A DNA stretch of 64,000 bases from Alphaproteobacteria bacterium (GCA_965205265.1 CBDBGH010000003.1:2336001-2400000), one strand, 5' to 3'; counted from the first letter of the stretch, positions 31,959 through 42,395 are shown. Made by a program: numbers and translations. The notes: generated from the letters alone by a model not told the origin.

Positions 31959-32435
31959 ATGGAACTCACCGGCGAACGGCGCATCGAGGCCCCGCGCGAG
32001 ACGGTCTGGCAGGCGCTCAACGACCCCGAAGTGCTGAAGGCCGCGATTCCCGGCTGCCAGGAGCTGGAGAAAACTGCCGACAACGCCTTCGCCGCCACGG
32101 TGCAGGCGAAGGTCGGGCCGGTGAAGGCGGTCTTCGCCGGCGCGGTGGAGCTGACCGACATCGTGGCGCCGGAACGCTACCGCATCTCCGGCGAGGGCAC
32201 GGGCGGCGCGGCCGGCTTCGCGCGCGGCGGGGCGTGGGTCCGGCTTGCCGAGGACGGCGATGCCACGGTGCTCAGCTACGAGGCGGACGCGCAGGTGGGC
32301 GGCAAGCTCGCCCAGATCGGCTCGCGCCTCATCCAGGGCACGGCGCGCAAGCTCGCCGGCCAGTTCTTCGACCGCTTCGCCGAAGCCGTCGGGCAGGACG
32401 GCGCCGGGGGCGAAGAGGAAGCGGAGACGAGCTGA
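31959..32435 (+). CDS. coxG: CoxG (SRPBCC/START-fold) protein
   Basis: VWQALNDPEVLKAAIPGC, VGGKLAQIGSRLI; GGAGG RBS. Confidence 0.9.
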   Translation: MELTGERRIEAPRETVWQALNDPEVLKAAIPGCQELEKTADNAFAATVQAKVGPVKAVFAGAVELTDIVAPERYRISGEGTGGAAGFARGGAWVRLAEDGDATVLSYEADAQVGGKLAQIGSRLIQGTARKLAGQFFDRFAEAVGQDGAGGEEEAETS

Positions 32436-32454
32436 ACGCAGGCGCGGGCCACCC

Positions 32455-33207
32455 ATGTTCGATCCTGAGTCGGCCGCGCTGATCGCGGCGGTCTTTCTGC
32501 TGGCGGGGGCGGTGAAGGGGGTGGTCGGGCTCGGGCTGCCGACGGTGAGCCTCGGCCTCCTGACGGCCGCCTTCGACCTCACCGCGGCCATGGCGCTGAT
32601 GGTCGCGCCCTCCTTCGCCACCAACCTGCTGCAGGCGGTCGTAGGCGGCAACGGGCGGGCGCTCATCCGCCGGCTCTGGCCCTTCCTCGCTGCCGCCGCG
32701 CTCACCGTGTGGATCGGCGCGGCCGCGCTGGTCAGCATCGACCTCGCGCTGCTCTCCGGCCTGCTCGGCCTGCTGCTCGCCGCCTATGCCGCGCAGGGGC
32801 TGGCGGGCGCGGGCATCCGGGTGCCGGCCCGCTGGCAGGCTGTGGCCGGCCCCGTTTTCGGCACGGTGAACGGCGTGCTCACCGGCATGACCGGCTCCTT
32901 CGTCGTGCCGGGCGTGCTCTACCTCCAGGCCATCGGCCTCGGGCGCGACGCGCTCGTGCAGGCGATGGGCATGCTGTTCACCGTCTCGACGGTGGCGCTC
33001 GCCGTCTCGCTGGAACGCCACGGCCTGCTCGACGGACCGCTCGGGCTGGCCTCGGCCGCCGCGCTGGTGCCGGCCTTTCTCGGCATGGGGCTCGGGCTGC
33101 TGCTTAGGCGGCGGCTTTCCGAGGCGCGCTTCCGGCGGGTGTTCTTCCTCGCCGTGCTGGCGCTCGGCCTCTACATCATGGCCAACGCCGCCTTCGGGCT
33201 CAGATAG
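32455..33207 (+). CDS. TauE/SafE (TSUP) family membrane transporter
   Basis: AGAVKGVVGLGLP; about 8 hydrophobic segments. Confidence 0.88.
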   Translation: MFDPESAALIAAVFLLAGAVKGVVGLGLPTVSLGLLTAAFDLTAAMALMVAPSFATNLLQAVVGGNGRALIRRLWPFLAAAALTVWIGAAALVSIDLALLSGLLGLLLAAYAAQGLAGAGIRVPARWQAVAGPVFGTVNGVLTGMTGSFVVPGVLYLQAIGLGRDALVQAMGMLFTVSTVALAVSLERHGLLDGPLGLASAAALVPAFLGMGLGLLLRRRLSEARFRRVFFLAVLALGLYIMANAAFGLR

Positions 33208-33274
33208 CGCTATCCGGCCCGTAGCGGCCCCTGCTACGCTCGGCGCCACCGCAGCCCAGGGAGCCGGAGCCCCC

Positions 33275-34513
33275 GTGTTCGACTATCTGGCGGAACGCGC
33301 CAACGCCAATCCGCATATCGCCCTGCAGCGCGGCTTCGGGCCGCTCGCGCTGGAGTTGCGCGCGGGCGGCGAGACGGCCTTCGTCACCATAGACGCAGGC
33401 GGTGTCCGCTTCGGGCCGCCTGCCTCCGGCGGCGCGGACCTCGTGATGAGCGCCGCCCCGGAAGCCTGGGCCGAGCTTCGCAAGGACGCGCCGGCTCCCG
33501 GCTTCCAGACCGTCGCCACCATGCGCCGCGCGCAGCATCTCATCGTGACGGGCGACATGGCGAAATTCCAGCGCCACCTGCTGCTGCTGGAAATGCTGTT
33601 CTCGCGCCTGGAGGACGGCAGGCCGGCGGCCCGTCCGCCTGCCGCATCGGCAGTGGAACCGGTGACCGGGCGCTATCTCCGGCTCGGCATCGGCGGGCGC
33701 GCGCACCGGCTCTATTTCGAGGAGGCGGGCGCGGGCGTGCCATTGCTCTGCCTGCACACCGCCGGCAGCGACGGGCGGCAATACCGCCATATCCTGAACG
33801 ACCCGGAGGTGACGGCGCGCTTCCGCGTCATCGCCTTCGACCTGCCCTGGCACGGCAAGTCCTCGCCGCCCGAGGGCTTCGGCAAGGAGGTGTACCGGCT
33901 AACCACCGATTCCTATGTCGAGACGGTGATGGCCGTCGCGGACGCGCTCGAACTGGAGCGGCCCGTCGCGATGGGCTGCTCCATCGGCGGCCGCGCCGTG
34001 CTGCATCTGGCGCTCCGGCACGGGCCCCGCTTCCGGGCGGCGATCGGGCTGCAATCGGCGCTCTACGCCGAGGACCGGAGCCTGGGCGACCGCGTGCCGG
34101 ACATGGCGCTCGCCCGCCCGGACATCCATGCGGGCATGGCGGCGGGCGCCTCGATGGCCGGCATGACCGCCCCCGGCTCGCCCGCCGCCGAGCGGTGGGA
34201 GACCATGTGGCACTACATGCAGGGCGGGCCGGGCGTCTTCGCCGGCGACCTGCACTACTATTTCGAGGACGGCGACCTCCGCAACGCCTGCGCGGCGGCG
34301 CTCGCGGCCTCGGACTGCCCGATCTACCTGCTGAGCGGCGAATACGACGTGTCGGCGACACCGGAGATGGGCCGCGAGCTTGCGGACCTCATCGGCGCGG
34401 CGCATTTCGAGGTGATGAAGGATGTCGGCCATTTCCCGATGTCCGAGAACCCGGAAGCCTTCCGCCGCTACCTCCTGCCCGTGCTCGACAGCATTCTCGC
34501 GCTGAAGCCGTGA
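33275..34513 (+). CDS. Alpha/beta hydrolase with N-terminal SCP2-like extension
   Basis: LHTAG, DLPWHGKS, GCSIGG nucleophile elbow, GEYD, GHFPMSENP. Confidence 0.85.
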   Translation: MFDYLAERANANPHIALQRGFGPLALELRAGGETAFVTIDAGGVRFGPPASGGADLVMSAAPEAWAELRKDAPAPGFQTVATMRRAQHLIVTGDMAKFQRHLLLLEMLFSRLEDGRPAARPPAASAVEPVTGRYLRLGIGGRAHRLYFEEAGAGVPLLCLHTAGSDGRQYRHILNDPEVTARFRVIAFDLPWHGKSSPPEGFGKEVYRLTTDSYVETVMAVADALELERPVAMGCSIGGRAVLHLALRHGPRFRAAIGLQSALYAEDRSLGDRVPDMALARPDIHAGMAAGASMAGMTAPGSPAAERWETMWHYMQGGPGVFAGDLHYYFEDGDLRNACAAALAASDCPIYLLSGEYDVSATPEMGRELADLIGAAHFEVMKDVGHFPMSENPEAFRRYLLPVLDSILALKP

Positions 34514-34590
34514 CCGAACGGCGGGTTCCGGGCTAAACTCCGGCCCGGAAGACATAATGGCGTGTCGGGGCATCCCGGCGAGGAGGAGTC

Positions 34591-35427
34591 ATGAACGCAT
34601 TCGCAACCGCTCTGGCCGAGGCCCCTCACGGGCTCGACCTCGCCTGGGACGCGACCGACCCGCGCGAAGTCCGGCGCCATATCCGCACCGGCGACTATCG
34701 CGGCCATACCGGCGCGCTCGCCAAGGGCTATGTGCAGGCCAATCTGGCGATCCTGCCGCAAGACTATGCCGACGAGTTCCTCCGGTTCTGCCACCGCAAC
34801 CCCAAGCCCTGTCCGCTGCTGGCCGTGTCCGAGCCGGGCGACCCCCGCCTGCCGGAGCTGGCGCAGGACCTCGACATCAGGACCGACCTTTCGAGCTACC
34901 GGGTGTTCCGGGACGGCGAATACGACGGCGATGTGGTGAGCATCGAGGACCTCTGGCGGGACGATTTCGTGGTCTTCGCGCTCGGCTGCTCCTTCTCCTT
35001 CGAGGAGCCGCTGGTGGATGCGGGCCTCCGGCTCCGCCACTGGGAGGACGGGAGCGTGTGCCCGATGTTCCTGACCGACATCGACTGCGCGCCCGCCGGC
35101 CGGTTCTCCGGCAAGATGGTCGTGTCCATGCGGCCCTTCACGCCGGCGGATGCGATCAAGGCCGTGCAGATCACCAGCCGCTATCCGCGCGTGCATGGCG
35201 CGCCGGTGCATCTCGGCATGCCGGAGCTCATCGGCATCGAGGATATCGGCCGGGCCTGGCAGGGCGACGACCCCAGGCTTGCCCCGGACCAGATGCCGGT
35301 CTTCTGGGCCTGCGGGGTGACGCCGCAGGTCGCGGTGCGGTCGGCCCGCCCGCCGCTCGCCATCACCCATACGCCCGCGCACATGCTGGTGACGGACCGG
35401 CGCAACGCCTCGCTCGCCGTGGGCTGA
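34591..35427 (+). CDS. DUF1445 / D-glutamate cyclase family putative hydro-lyase
   Basis: [41 protein letters not shown]. Confidence 0.92.
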   Translation: MNAFATALAEAPHGLDLAWDATDPREVRRHIRTGDYRGHTGALAKGYVQANLAILPQDYADEFLRFCHRNPKPCPLLAVSEPGDPRLPELAQDLDIRTDLSSYRVFRDGEYDGDVVSIEDLWRDDFVVFALGCSFSFEEPLVDAGLRLRHWEDGSVCPMFLTDIDCAPAGRFSGKMVVSMRPFTPADAIKAVQITSRYPRVHGAPVHLGMPELIGIEDIGRAWQGDDPRLAPDQMPVFWACGVTPQVAVRSARPPLAITHTPAHMLVTDRRNASLAVG

Positions 35428-35446
35428 CCGCGCCGGAGAGCGTCCC

Positions 35447-36619
35447 ATGCGCCCCAACGCGCTCCCGCCGTTCGATTTCGGCCTGGGCGAGGATGTCGAT
35501 CTGCTGCGCGCCTCGGTGGAGACCTTCGCGGCGGACGAGATCGCGCCCCGCGCCGACGCCATCGACCGGTCCAACGAGTTCCCGCGCGAGCTCTGGCCGG
35601 AAATGGGCGCGCTCGGCCTGCACGGTATCACCGTGGAGGAGGAGTTCGGCGGCGCGGAGATGGGCTACACCGCCCATGTGGTGGCGATGGAGGAGGTCAG
35701 CCGCGCCTCCGGCGCGGTCGGCCTCTCTTACGGGGCGCATTCCAATCTCTGCGTCAACCAGATCCGCCGCAACGGCACCGAGGCGCAGAAGCGCCGCTAC
35801 CTGCCGAAGCTGATCTCCGGCGAGCATGTCGGCGCGCTCTCCATGAGCGAGCCGGGCGCGGGCTCCGATGTGGTCGCCATGTCCTGCCGGGCGGACAGGC
35901 GCGGCTCCCGATATGTGCTGAACGGCACCAAGATGTGGTGCACCAACGGCCCGGACGCCGATGTGCTGGTCGTCTATGCCAGGACCGCGCCGGACGCCGG
36001 CCCGCACGGCATCTCCGCCTTCCTCGTCGAGAGCGGCTTCCGGGGCTTCCGGCCGGGGCAGAAGCTCGACAAGCTCGGCATGCGCGGCTCCGGCACCAGC
36101 GAGCTCGTCTTCGAGGATTGCGAGGTGCCGGAGGAGAACCTGCTCGGCCGCGAGAACGAGGGCGTGGCCGTGCTGATGAGCGGCCTCGACTACGAGCGCC
36201 TGGTGCTCGCCGGCGGGCCGCTCGGCCTCATGCAGGCGGCGATGGATGCGGCCGTGCCCTATCTGCACGAGCGCCGGCAGTTCGGCCAGCCCATCGGCTC
36301 CTTCCAGCTCATGCAGGGCAAGCTGGCCGACATGTATGTGACCATGAACGCCTGCCGGGCCTATGTGTATGCCGTGGCGCAGGCCTGCGACCGGGGCGAC
36401 ACGACCCGCAAGGACGCCGCCGGCGCCATCCTCTACGCCGCGGAGAAGGCGACCTGGCTGGCGCTTGAGGCGGTCCAGTGCCTGGGCGGCATGGGCTATG
36501 TCAACGAAAGCCCCGTCGGGCGCGTGGTCCGCGACGCCAAGCTCTACGAGATCGGTGCCGGCACCAGCGAAATCCGCCGCTGGCTCATCGGCCGCGAGCT
36601 CATGCAGGAGACGGGGTAG
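35447..36619 (+). CDS. ivd: Isovaleryl-CoA dehydrogenase
   Basis: [47 protein letters not shown]. Confidence 0.93.
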   Translation: MRPNALPPFDFGLGEDVDLLRASVETFAADEIAPRADAIDRSNEFPRELWPEMGALGLHGITVEEEFGGAEMGYTAHVVAMEEVSRASGAVGLSYGAHSNLCVNQIRRNGTEAQKRRYLPKLISGEHVGALSMSEPGAGSDVVAMSCRADRRGSRYVLNGTKMWCTNGPDADVLVVYARTAPDAGPHGISAFLVESGFRGFRPGQKLDKLGMRGSGTSELVFEDCEVPEENLLGRENEGVAVLMSGLDYERLVLAGGPLGLMQAAMDAAVPYLHERRQFGQPIGSFQLMQGKLADMYVTMNACRAYVYAVAQACDRGDTTRKDAAGAILYAAEKATWLALEAVQCLGGMGYVNESPVGRVVRDAKLYEIGAGTSEIRRWLIGRELMQETG

Positions 36620-36628
36620 CCGCCCGCC

Positions 36629-37774
36629 ATGCCCGCCATCCCGTCCGCGCTCGACATCGCCAGGGACCTTGTGCGTATGGACACGCGCAACCCGCCCGGA
36701 CGGGAAGCCGAATGCGCGCATTATCTGGGCGACATGCTCGCCGGCGCGGGTCTCGACGTCTCCTATCACGACTTCGCTCCCGGGCGGACGAGCCTCGTCG
36801 CCGTGCTGCGGGGCGGGGACGGCGGACAGGCCGGGAAGAAGAAGCCGCTCTGCTTCGGCGGGCATATCGACGTGGTGCCGCTCGGCGCGAAGGAGTGGTC
36901 GGTCGATCCCTTCGGCGCCGAGATCGTGGACGGCAGGCTCTACGGACGCGGCTCGACCGACATGAAGTCCGGCGTCGCCGCCTTCGTCCACGCCGCGATG
37001 AAGCTCGCGGCCGACGAAAAGCAGGGAAATGCGGACATCGTGCTCGCGATCTGCGCCGGGGAGGAGACCGGCTGCGAAGGCTCCTCCCATCTCGGAAGGA
37101 TCGGCGCGCTCGGCGGGATGGGCGCCATCGTCGTTGCGGAGCCGACGGCGAACTACCCGATCCTCGGCCACAAGGGTGCGCTCTGGCTCAGGGTGGAGAC
37201 GGAAGGCGTCACCGCCCACGGCTCGATGCCGGAGCAGGGCGTAAACGCCATCTACAGGGCGGCGCGCGCGGTGACGAAGCTGGAGGATTTCGACTTCAAT
37301 GCGAAGCCGCACGAACTGCTGGGCCGCGCGACCCTCAATGTCGGCACGATGGAGGGCGGGCAGAACCTCAACTCGGTGCCGGACCGCGCCGCCTTCACCG
37401 TCGATATCCGCACCCTGCCGGGCCAGGACCATGACAGGATCGTCTCCGGCCTGGAGGGCTATCTCGGCGGGGAGAGCCGGATCGCGCGGATCGTCGATGT
37501 GGGCGGCGTCCATACCCCGCACACCCACCCGTGGATCCGGGAGGTCTGGCGGCTGATGGCGCCGATGCTGGGCGAGAGCATCGAGCCGCGCGGCGCGCCC
37601 TATTTCACCGACGCCTCCGCGCTGACGCCGGCCTGCGGCGGCCCGCCGACCGTGATCCTCGGGCCGGGCGAGATGCACATGGCCCACCAGACCGACGAAT
37701 ACTGCCCCGTGGCGCATATCGCACAGGCGGCGGAAGCTTATGAGGCCCTGGCCCGCCGCTGGCGCGACTGCTGA
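36629..37774 (+). CDS. M20 family metallo-amidohydrolase (ArgE/DapE-like)
   Basis: GHIDVVP, GRGSTDMKSG, GEE, AEPT, FTDA, AHQTDEY. Confidence 0.92.
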   Translation: MPAIPSALDIARDLVRMDTRNPPGREAECAHYLGDMLAGAGLDVSYHDFAPGRTSLVAVLRGGDGGQAGKKKPLCFGGHIDVVPLGAKEWSVDPFGAEIVDGRLYGRGSTDMKSGVAAFVHAAMKLAADEKQGNADIVLAICAGEETGCEGSSHLGRIGALGGMGAIVVAEPTANYPILGHKGALWLRVETEGVTAHGSMPEQGVNAIYRAARAVTKLEDFDFNAKPHELLGRATLNVGTMEGGQNLNSVPDRAAFTVDIRTLPGQDHDRIVSGLEGYLGGESRIARIVDVGGVHTPHTHPWIREVWRLMAPMLGESIEPRGAPYFTDASALTPACGGPPTVILGPGEMHMAHQTDEYCPVAHIAQAAEAYEALARRWRDC

Positions 37775-37891
37775 GGGGGGCGCGCCCCTTTCGTCGCCCC
37801 GGCCTCCGGACCTACCGGATTCACACATCCCCGTGTGGTGACGTTGCCTTGCATATCCTAACCGTCGCCCCGGTTCTCGCAGCCCCCCCTT

Positions 37892-37979
37892 CGTCATACC
37901 CGGACTTGTTCCGGGTATCCATGCGGCCGTCCGGCGGCAGCGGTGGCGGGAGATACCCGGAACAAGTCCGGGTATGACG
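37892..37979. repeat. REP-like inverted doublet
   Basis: CGTCATACCCGGACTTGTTCCGGGTATC ... GATACCCGGAACAAGTCCGGGTATGACG; same arms as 26623-26710. Confidence 0.9.
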
Positions 37980-38433
37980 GGGAGAGGGCATGATGGGAAA
38001 GGGTCGGGCCGCCGGTTACGGACCGAAACGAGATGTGTGGTAAAAAACAGACGATTTTTCCGCTTTTACCATACCTGATATGGTTGCTATGGACTCCCAT
38101 TTCTTCTCCATGGATACAATCGGTTATCATGCATGTCAAGCATAGATTCTATGGATATTTGACCATAGCATCGAGATTAGAGCTTCAAAGAAATGTTGCA
38201 CCCGTGTGTTGAACCCGATGCACGAAATCGGGGACAAGGACAGGCTGAGTGGAATGAGCATGAAAGCAGCTTACGGTTGCCGATACAATCATGTTATATG
38301 GATAATGGTGTGGAATTGCCGGCGTCCAGGCGATTTCGATGGGGCATATGGGTGAAGCTACTCTGCTGGTGAAGCCAATGCCCCGTTCCATATGGACAGC
38401 GACGACCGGCGCAACCGCTAGGGAGGCGGAAGA

Positions 38434-38628
38434 ATGGCAATAGGGCCCCGGGGAGAGAAGCGCAGACGGCGCTGCGTGATGGCGACCGATTCCGAGTGGA
38501 CGATGATCGGCGAAGATGCCGAGGCGGAGGGGCTGTCGGTCTCCGAATATATCGTGCGGGCAGTGCTCGAATGGCGGGAGACGGTTGGCGCGATGCGCGC
38601 CGGGAGCGAATGGGGTTCAGCCGGATGA
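38434..38628 (+). CDS. Small ribbon-helix-helix/MobC-like protein
   Basis: V.ATDSEW..I...AEA.GLSVSEYI pattern; GGAGG RBS. Confidence 0.6.
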   Translation: MAIGPRGEKRRRRCVMATDSEWTMIGEDAEAEGLSVSEYIVRAVLEWRETVGAMRAGSEWGSAG

Positions 38629-38957
38629 AGCTTTCGAAGCAGCGCTGCATCTACTGCCGGCCGGAGGTGTGGGAGCGCATCCGCAGGCGGGCCAGGAAGT
38701 GGAAGCTGCCGATCTCGCGCTTCGGCTATCTGTGCTGCCGGCGGGCGGCGGGGGAAGGCGAGGGTGAGGCCCCGAAGCCGTCCGGGTATACCCTTGTGCT
38801 GACGGAGGACCGGCAGCGCCGTCTTGGCGAGGACGCCCTGTCCGTCTCGCAGTCCAGCCGGTTCGTCTTTCGCGCCCCGGGAGGCGGAAAGGCGGTCGTC
38901 TCGGTCGGGGAGGCGGCCGGCATTCTGCTTTTCGCCGAAGAGGAACGGTTCTCGTGA
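38625..38957 (+). CDS. RHH-like hypothetical protein
   Basis: IYC..EVWERIRRRA....ISRF; ATGA-coupled to the previous ORF. Confidence 0.5.
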   Translation: MKLSKQRCIYCRPEVWERIRRRARKWKLPISRFGYLCCRRAAGEGEGEAPKPSGYTLVLTEDRQRRLGEDALSVSQSSRFVFRAPGGGKAVVSVGEAAGILLFAEEERFS

Positions 38958-39493
38958 CCAAGCCGCGCAAGCGCAAGTCCGGCATGAACCATACGGTCTC
39001 CCTGACCGACCAGGATTGGGAGCACATCGGAGCCTGGGCCGCCGGGCGCGGCAAGCGGGCGGGACCCTGGTTCTGCGAATGCGCGCTCAATGTGGACCCG
39101 TTCCCGGAGCAGGTGTCCGCTCGGCCTCTGGTGCTGGACGCAGAGGGGCAGCGCGGCCTCTCCCGAGCCATGGCGGCTGCTGCCGGCGACATGCACGCCG
39201 GCGGCGAGGTGTCCGCCGATCTGGCCGGCGCGATGCGCGCGCTGCTGGAAATGCGCCTCAGGGCGATGGCAGGCGACGGTCGGCGCGGGCAGGCGGTCGA
39301 ACTGCTTCGCCGGGTGCTTGGCGACGAACGCGCCGCCATCGTCGCGGCGGCGGTTCTGCCGGAGACGGAGGAAACGCCGGAATCGCCGGACAGGCCGGCG
39401 GGGCCGGAGTCCGGCAAAGGCCGTGCCGGGACGGGGGCGCCGCAAGCGGACCTGTTCAAGGAGAATGCGGACGATCCGGCCGGCGGCGCTTGA
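38954..39493 (+). CDS. RHH-like hypothetical protein
   Basis: VSLTDQDWEHI...A...G; shares LVL..E.QR with the previous ORF; GTGA-coupled. Confidence 0.55.
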   Translation: MTKPRKRKSGMNHTVSLTDQDWEHIGAWAAGRGKRAGPWFCECALNVDPFPEQVSARPLVLDAEGQRGLSRAMAAAAGDMHAGGEVSADLAGAMRALLEMRLRAMAGDGRRGQAVELLRRVLGDERAAIVAAAVLPETEETPESPDRPAGPESGKGRAGTGAPQADLFKENADDPAGGA

Positions 39494-39658
39494 CGCCGCG
39501 ACCGTCGATGCGCGAAATGAATTGGTGCGCCCAAGGGGCCATTGCCCCAAGAATTGCAACATCCCAATGGATTGGAAACCGACATTGCGTATTCCCGAAC
39601 CCTTCGATGCAGGTCCGTTGCGGCGTCACGGCGACCGGCAGGCCGGCCCCCGACCGGG

Positions 39659-39994
39659 ATGAGGTCTAATGTGGCAGCCCTTCTGGCGGTAGGGGTAATC
39701 TCGCTCACAGGGTGCAAGACGGTTGTTCCCCTTGCGATTGTTGACCTTCAAACCGACAAGGTGGTCATTCAGGCGGGTGAAGACGAATCTGCCGCGGCGG
39801 TCGCCGACAAGGCCCGGGAAGGATGCTCTATTCACGGGCGAGTCCCTCTCTACCTGAGCGAGAGGAAACAGTGTGGCAGCACGATGTGCTTCACAGGCGC
39901 ATCGTATGTGGTGGGGAACCAGGTTATGGGTGGGAATACGTTCTGCGGACCGGCAGACTGCGCAATGCACCACCTGTTCGCCTGCGTCCGATAA
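39659..39994 (+). CDS. Small Cys-containing lipoprotein
   Basis: Signal peptide with lipobox LTGC; six further Cys residues. Confidence 0.7.
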   Translation: MRSNVAALLAVGVISLTGCKTVVPLAIVDLQTDKVVIQAGEDESAAAVADKAREGCSIHGRVPLYLSERKQCGSTMCFTGASYVVGNQVMGGNTFCGPADCAMHHLFACVR

Positions 39995-40000
39995 CGACCG

Positions 40001-40210
40001 GTGGGATGGATAGCGGCGCTATACGCTTTCTTGGCCCGCCGGGAACTGAAGCGGACAAGAAAAGCGACTGAGGAGATCGTCGCTCGGCTGAGGCCGAAAG
40101 AGGAACCCAAGTCGCTCAAAGAGATGCTGCATGAGTTGCTGGCCGCTATCGTGGTCCTGCTCATCATTGTCGGCATCTTCTACTACTACGGCGATTTTTC
40201 GGACTGGTAG
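40001..40210 (+). CDS. Small membrane protein
   Basis: C-terminal hydrophobic helix; closely spaced with neighbours. Confidence 0.45.
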   Translation: MGWIAALYAFLARRELKRTRKATEEIVARLRPKEEPKSLKEMLHELLAAIVVLLIIVGIFYYYGDFSDW

Positions 40211-40214
40211 GGCC

Positions 40215-40499
40215 ATGAAGCTACAGGAGAACGCCCGGCGAGGACGGCTTACAGGCACGCCGGACTGCGGCAACCCGGACATTCGGCGGGTCCACGACCA
40301 TTTCAGCAAGCGCGGCTGCGAATTCGGCAGCAGCAAGCGCGGGGAAATTACCGTCCGCACCGAAGACGGCTGCTTCACCGTCTATGTCAGTCGACGGTCG
40401 AACGGGCGATGGCGTGTGAAACGGCGGGCTTCGAATCTGGACGAGGATTTCGCTTCTTTCGACGACATGGCAGCAGCGATGCACGGCTGGGGATTTTAG
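40215..40499 (+). CDS. Hypothetical protein, 94 aa
   Basis: ATG 4 nt after the previous stop; plausible composition. Confidence 0.45.
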   Translation: MKLQENARRGRLTGTPDCGNPDIRRVHDHFSKRGCEFGSSKRGEITVRTEDGCFTVYVSRRSNGRWRVKRRASNLDEDFASFDDMAAAMHGWGF

Positions 40500-40643
40500 C
40501 GCGTCTCGGCACTTTCCTGCATAATCCCCAACGCATTCCGGAACTGCATTCGTTGAAGACCGGCCGAATCGCGGCGCGCTGTCTGTCCCCGGTTGCGGGA
40601 TCGGGCCCGGCTCGCCCGTCATCGACAGGGTAGGCGGGCGGGA

Positions 40644-42065
40644 TCATTCGCCGGCCGGCGGGCTCCAGCGCCAGACGAGGTCATTGGCGATGTCCTGCGC
40701 GATTCGTTCGCCCTGGCGCTCGATATCGTTGAAGCGCGAGTCGAACTCCGCCGCCTTCATGCGGAACACGCGCCCGATCCTGTGCATGCGGGTGTGCATC
40801 TTCGCCTTCCTGCCCTCGTATCCGGGGTCGCCCAACCCCATGACCTCGACGACGTAGCGCGCTGTGGCGCCGTCGTCCGGAACGCCGGGTTCGCCGTCGG
40901 CTGTTGCAGCCGGCAGGGTGACGGTGAGGACGAAGTCGGGCAGGCAGGGGCCGAGCGCCGTTTCGTAGTTCGTCAGCGGCTTCTCCAGCTGGAGCCGGAC
41001 ACCGGCCCCGAGCGCCCGGCGCAGCGCCATGTCGTCCTCCAGGCAGGCGGCCAGGCGGCGGAGCGTTTTGAAGGCGCGCCGTTCCTGCCCGGAGTCGACC
41101 GGGACCGGCCATTCCGGCGCCACGATCGGCTGGGCCCAGGCGGCGAGGCATTCCCACGGCCCGTCGTCCTCAGGCCGCGCCACGATGCCGAGGAACAGCC
41201 AGGGGCCCGGCACCCTGTTGAGGAACACCTTCGGGCTCATCACGCCCGCCGTGACCTCGACATGGCCCTCCTGCGGGTTCGCCGGGTTGATTTCGCCGTC
41301 GCTCAGGTCGTGGGCAAGCCAGCAGAGCATGGCGTAGGGCTTCCTGCCCTTCTGCCAGCCCGGTTCGGCCTCCTCCAGCCGTTCCGCGACCTCGCCGTCC
41401 GCCCAGCTTGCCGGGTCGGTGAACAGGAACTCGGAAGCCGGCACGTCGTCCGCGATGAAGAACTGCTCGGCCGCGCGCAGGATTTCCGGCAGCCACTCCG
41501 CAGGCGACGAAAACCGTCCGGCGCCGTCGAGCGTGTTCAGCCGCGCGGTCTGCATCAGCGTGCGCAGCATGTTGGCGGCGGTCCTGTGCCGCGAGCCTGC
41601 AGGCAGCCCTGTGAACGCGCGCGGCGTGACCGTCTCCATCGGTCCGTCGGCCCTGGATTTCTTCCGGGCTGGCGCGAACGGGTCGAAGGTATAGTCGTGG
41701 GCGGGCTGCGGCACCCAGCGGCGCGGGGCGGGGCTATCCTCCTCGTCCCCGGTGAGCGCGAAGACGCAGTCCCCGGCATGCGGCAGCGACGCGCCCGGGC
41801 GATTGCTGAGAAACATCCGCTCCGGCGTGTCCACGCGCGGAACGATCACGGGTCCCCTGCCGTCCTCGAACCGGCAGTCGCACATGAACCAGCAGCCGCT
41901 GTCGCGCGCGTGGCCGACGGTGTGCAGATAGAGGGCGCGCATGTCCTCATCGGCCTCGCCGCCGCCCTTTACCGCCCGGAGCGCGGCCTCCTCCTCCGGC
42001 TCCAGCGCCTGGACCCAGTCGTATTCGTCTTCCCCGTCCAGTTTCTCGACGATCCAGAGAACCAC
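40644..42065 (-). CDS. DUF1173-like protein with Zn-binding N-terminus and C-terminal PD-(D/E)XK-like motif
   Basis: CDC...H.GDC; PVDS..ER; LEKP; PDF...VEVMG...Y..RK. Confidence 0.55.
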   Translation of the reverse strand: MVLWIVEKLDGEDEYDWVQALEPEEEAALRAVKGGGEADEDMRALYLHTVGHARDSGCWFMCDCRFEDGRGPVIVPRVDTPERMFLSNRPGASLPHAGDCVFALTGDEEDSPAPRRWVPQPAHDYTFDPFAPARKKSRADGPMETVTPRAFTGLPAGSRHRTAANMLRTLMQTARLNTLDGAGRFSSPAEWLPEILRAAEQFFIADDVPASEFLFTDPASWADGEVAERLEEAEPGWQKGRKPYAMLCWLAHDLSDGEINPANPQEGHVEVTAGVMSPKVFLNRVPGPWLFLGIVARPEDDGPWECLAAWAQPIVAPEWPVPVDSGQERRAFKTLRRLAACLEDDMALRRALGAGVRLQLEKPLTNYETALGPCLPDFVLTVTLPAATADGEPGVPDDGATARYVVEVMGLGDPGYEGRKAKMHTRMHRIGRVFRMKAAEFDSRFNDIERQGERIAQDIANDLVWRWSPPAGE

Positions 42066-42113
42066 GGCCTCACCGCCGATCCATTCGAGGCCGCCGGGCG
42101 GATGGAAGCACCG

Positions 42114-42395
42114 TCATGCGGGTTGCCCGAACGGCGAGGGACGGCGCGGCAGGCCGTAACGGATGACCAGGCCGGGTCCCGCTCCGCCGGGCGGCGTATA
42201 CAGGACCTCGCAGTCACCCTCGGTCGTCTCGACCCACATCACGCCCGAGCAGACGGGATGCCGGTTGCCGTCCGGGCTCACCCGGTCGTGCAGCTCTCCG
42301 CAGCGTATCTCGACCTCGGACCTGCCCGCTTCCGCTTCCCATTCGAAGCGCGCCAGCAAGGCGTCGCGGAACCGGCCCGTCCAAATGCCTGCCAT
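42114..42395 (-). CDS. Conserved-looking small hypothetical protein
   Basis: GELH.RV...NRHPVC..VM...GD.....PP.G.G..L.IRY.LP pattern; GGAGAGG RBS. Confidence 0.6.
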   Translation of the reverse strand: MAGIWTGRFRDALLARFEWEAEAGRSEVEIRCGELHDRVSPDGNRHPVCSGVMWVETTEGDCEVLYTPPGGAGPGLVIRYGLPRRPSPFGQPA

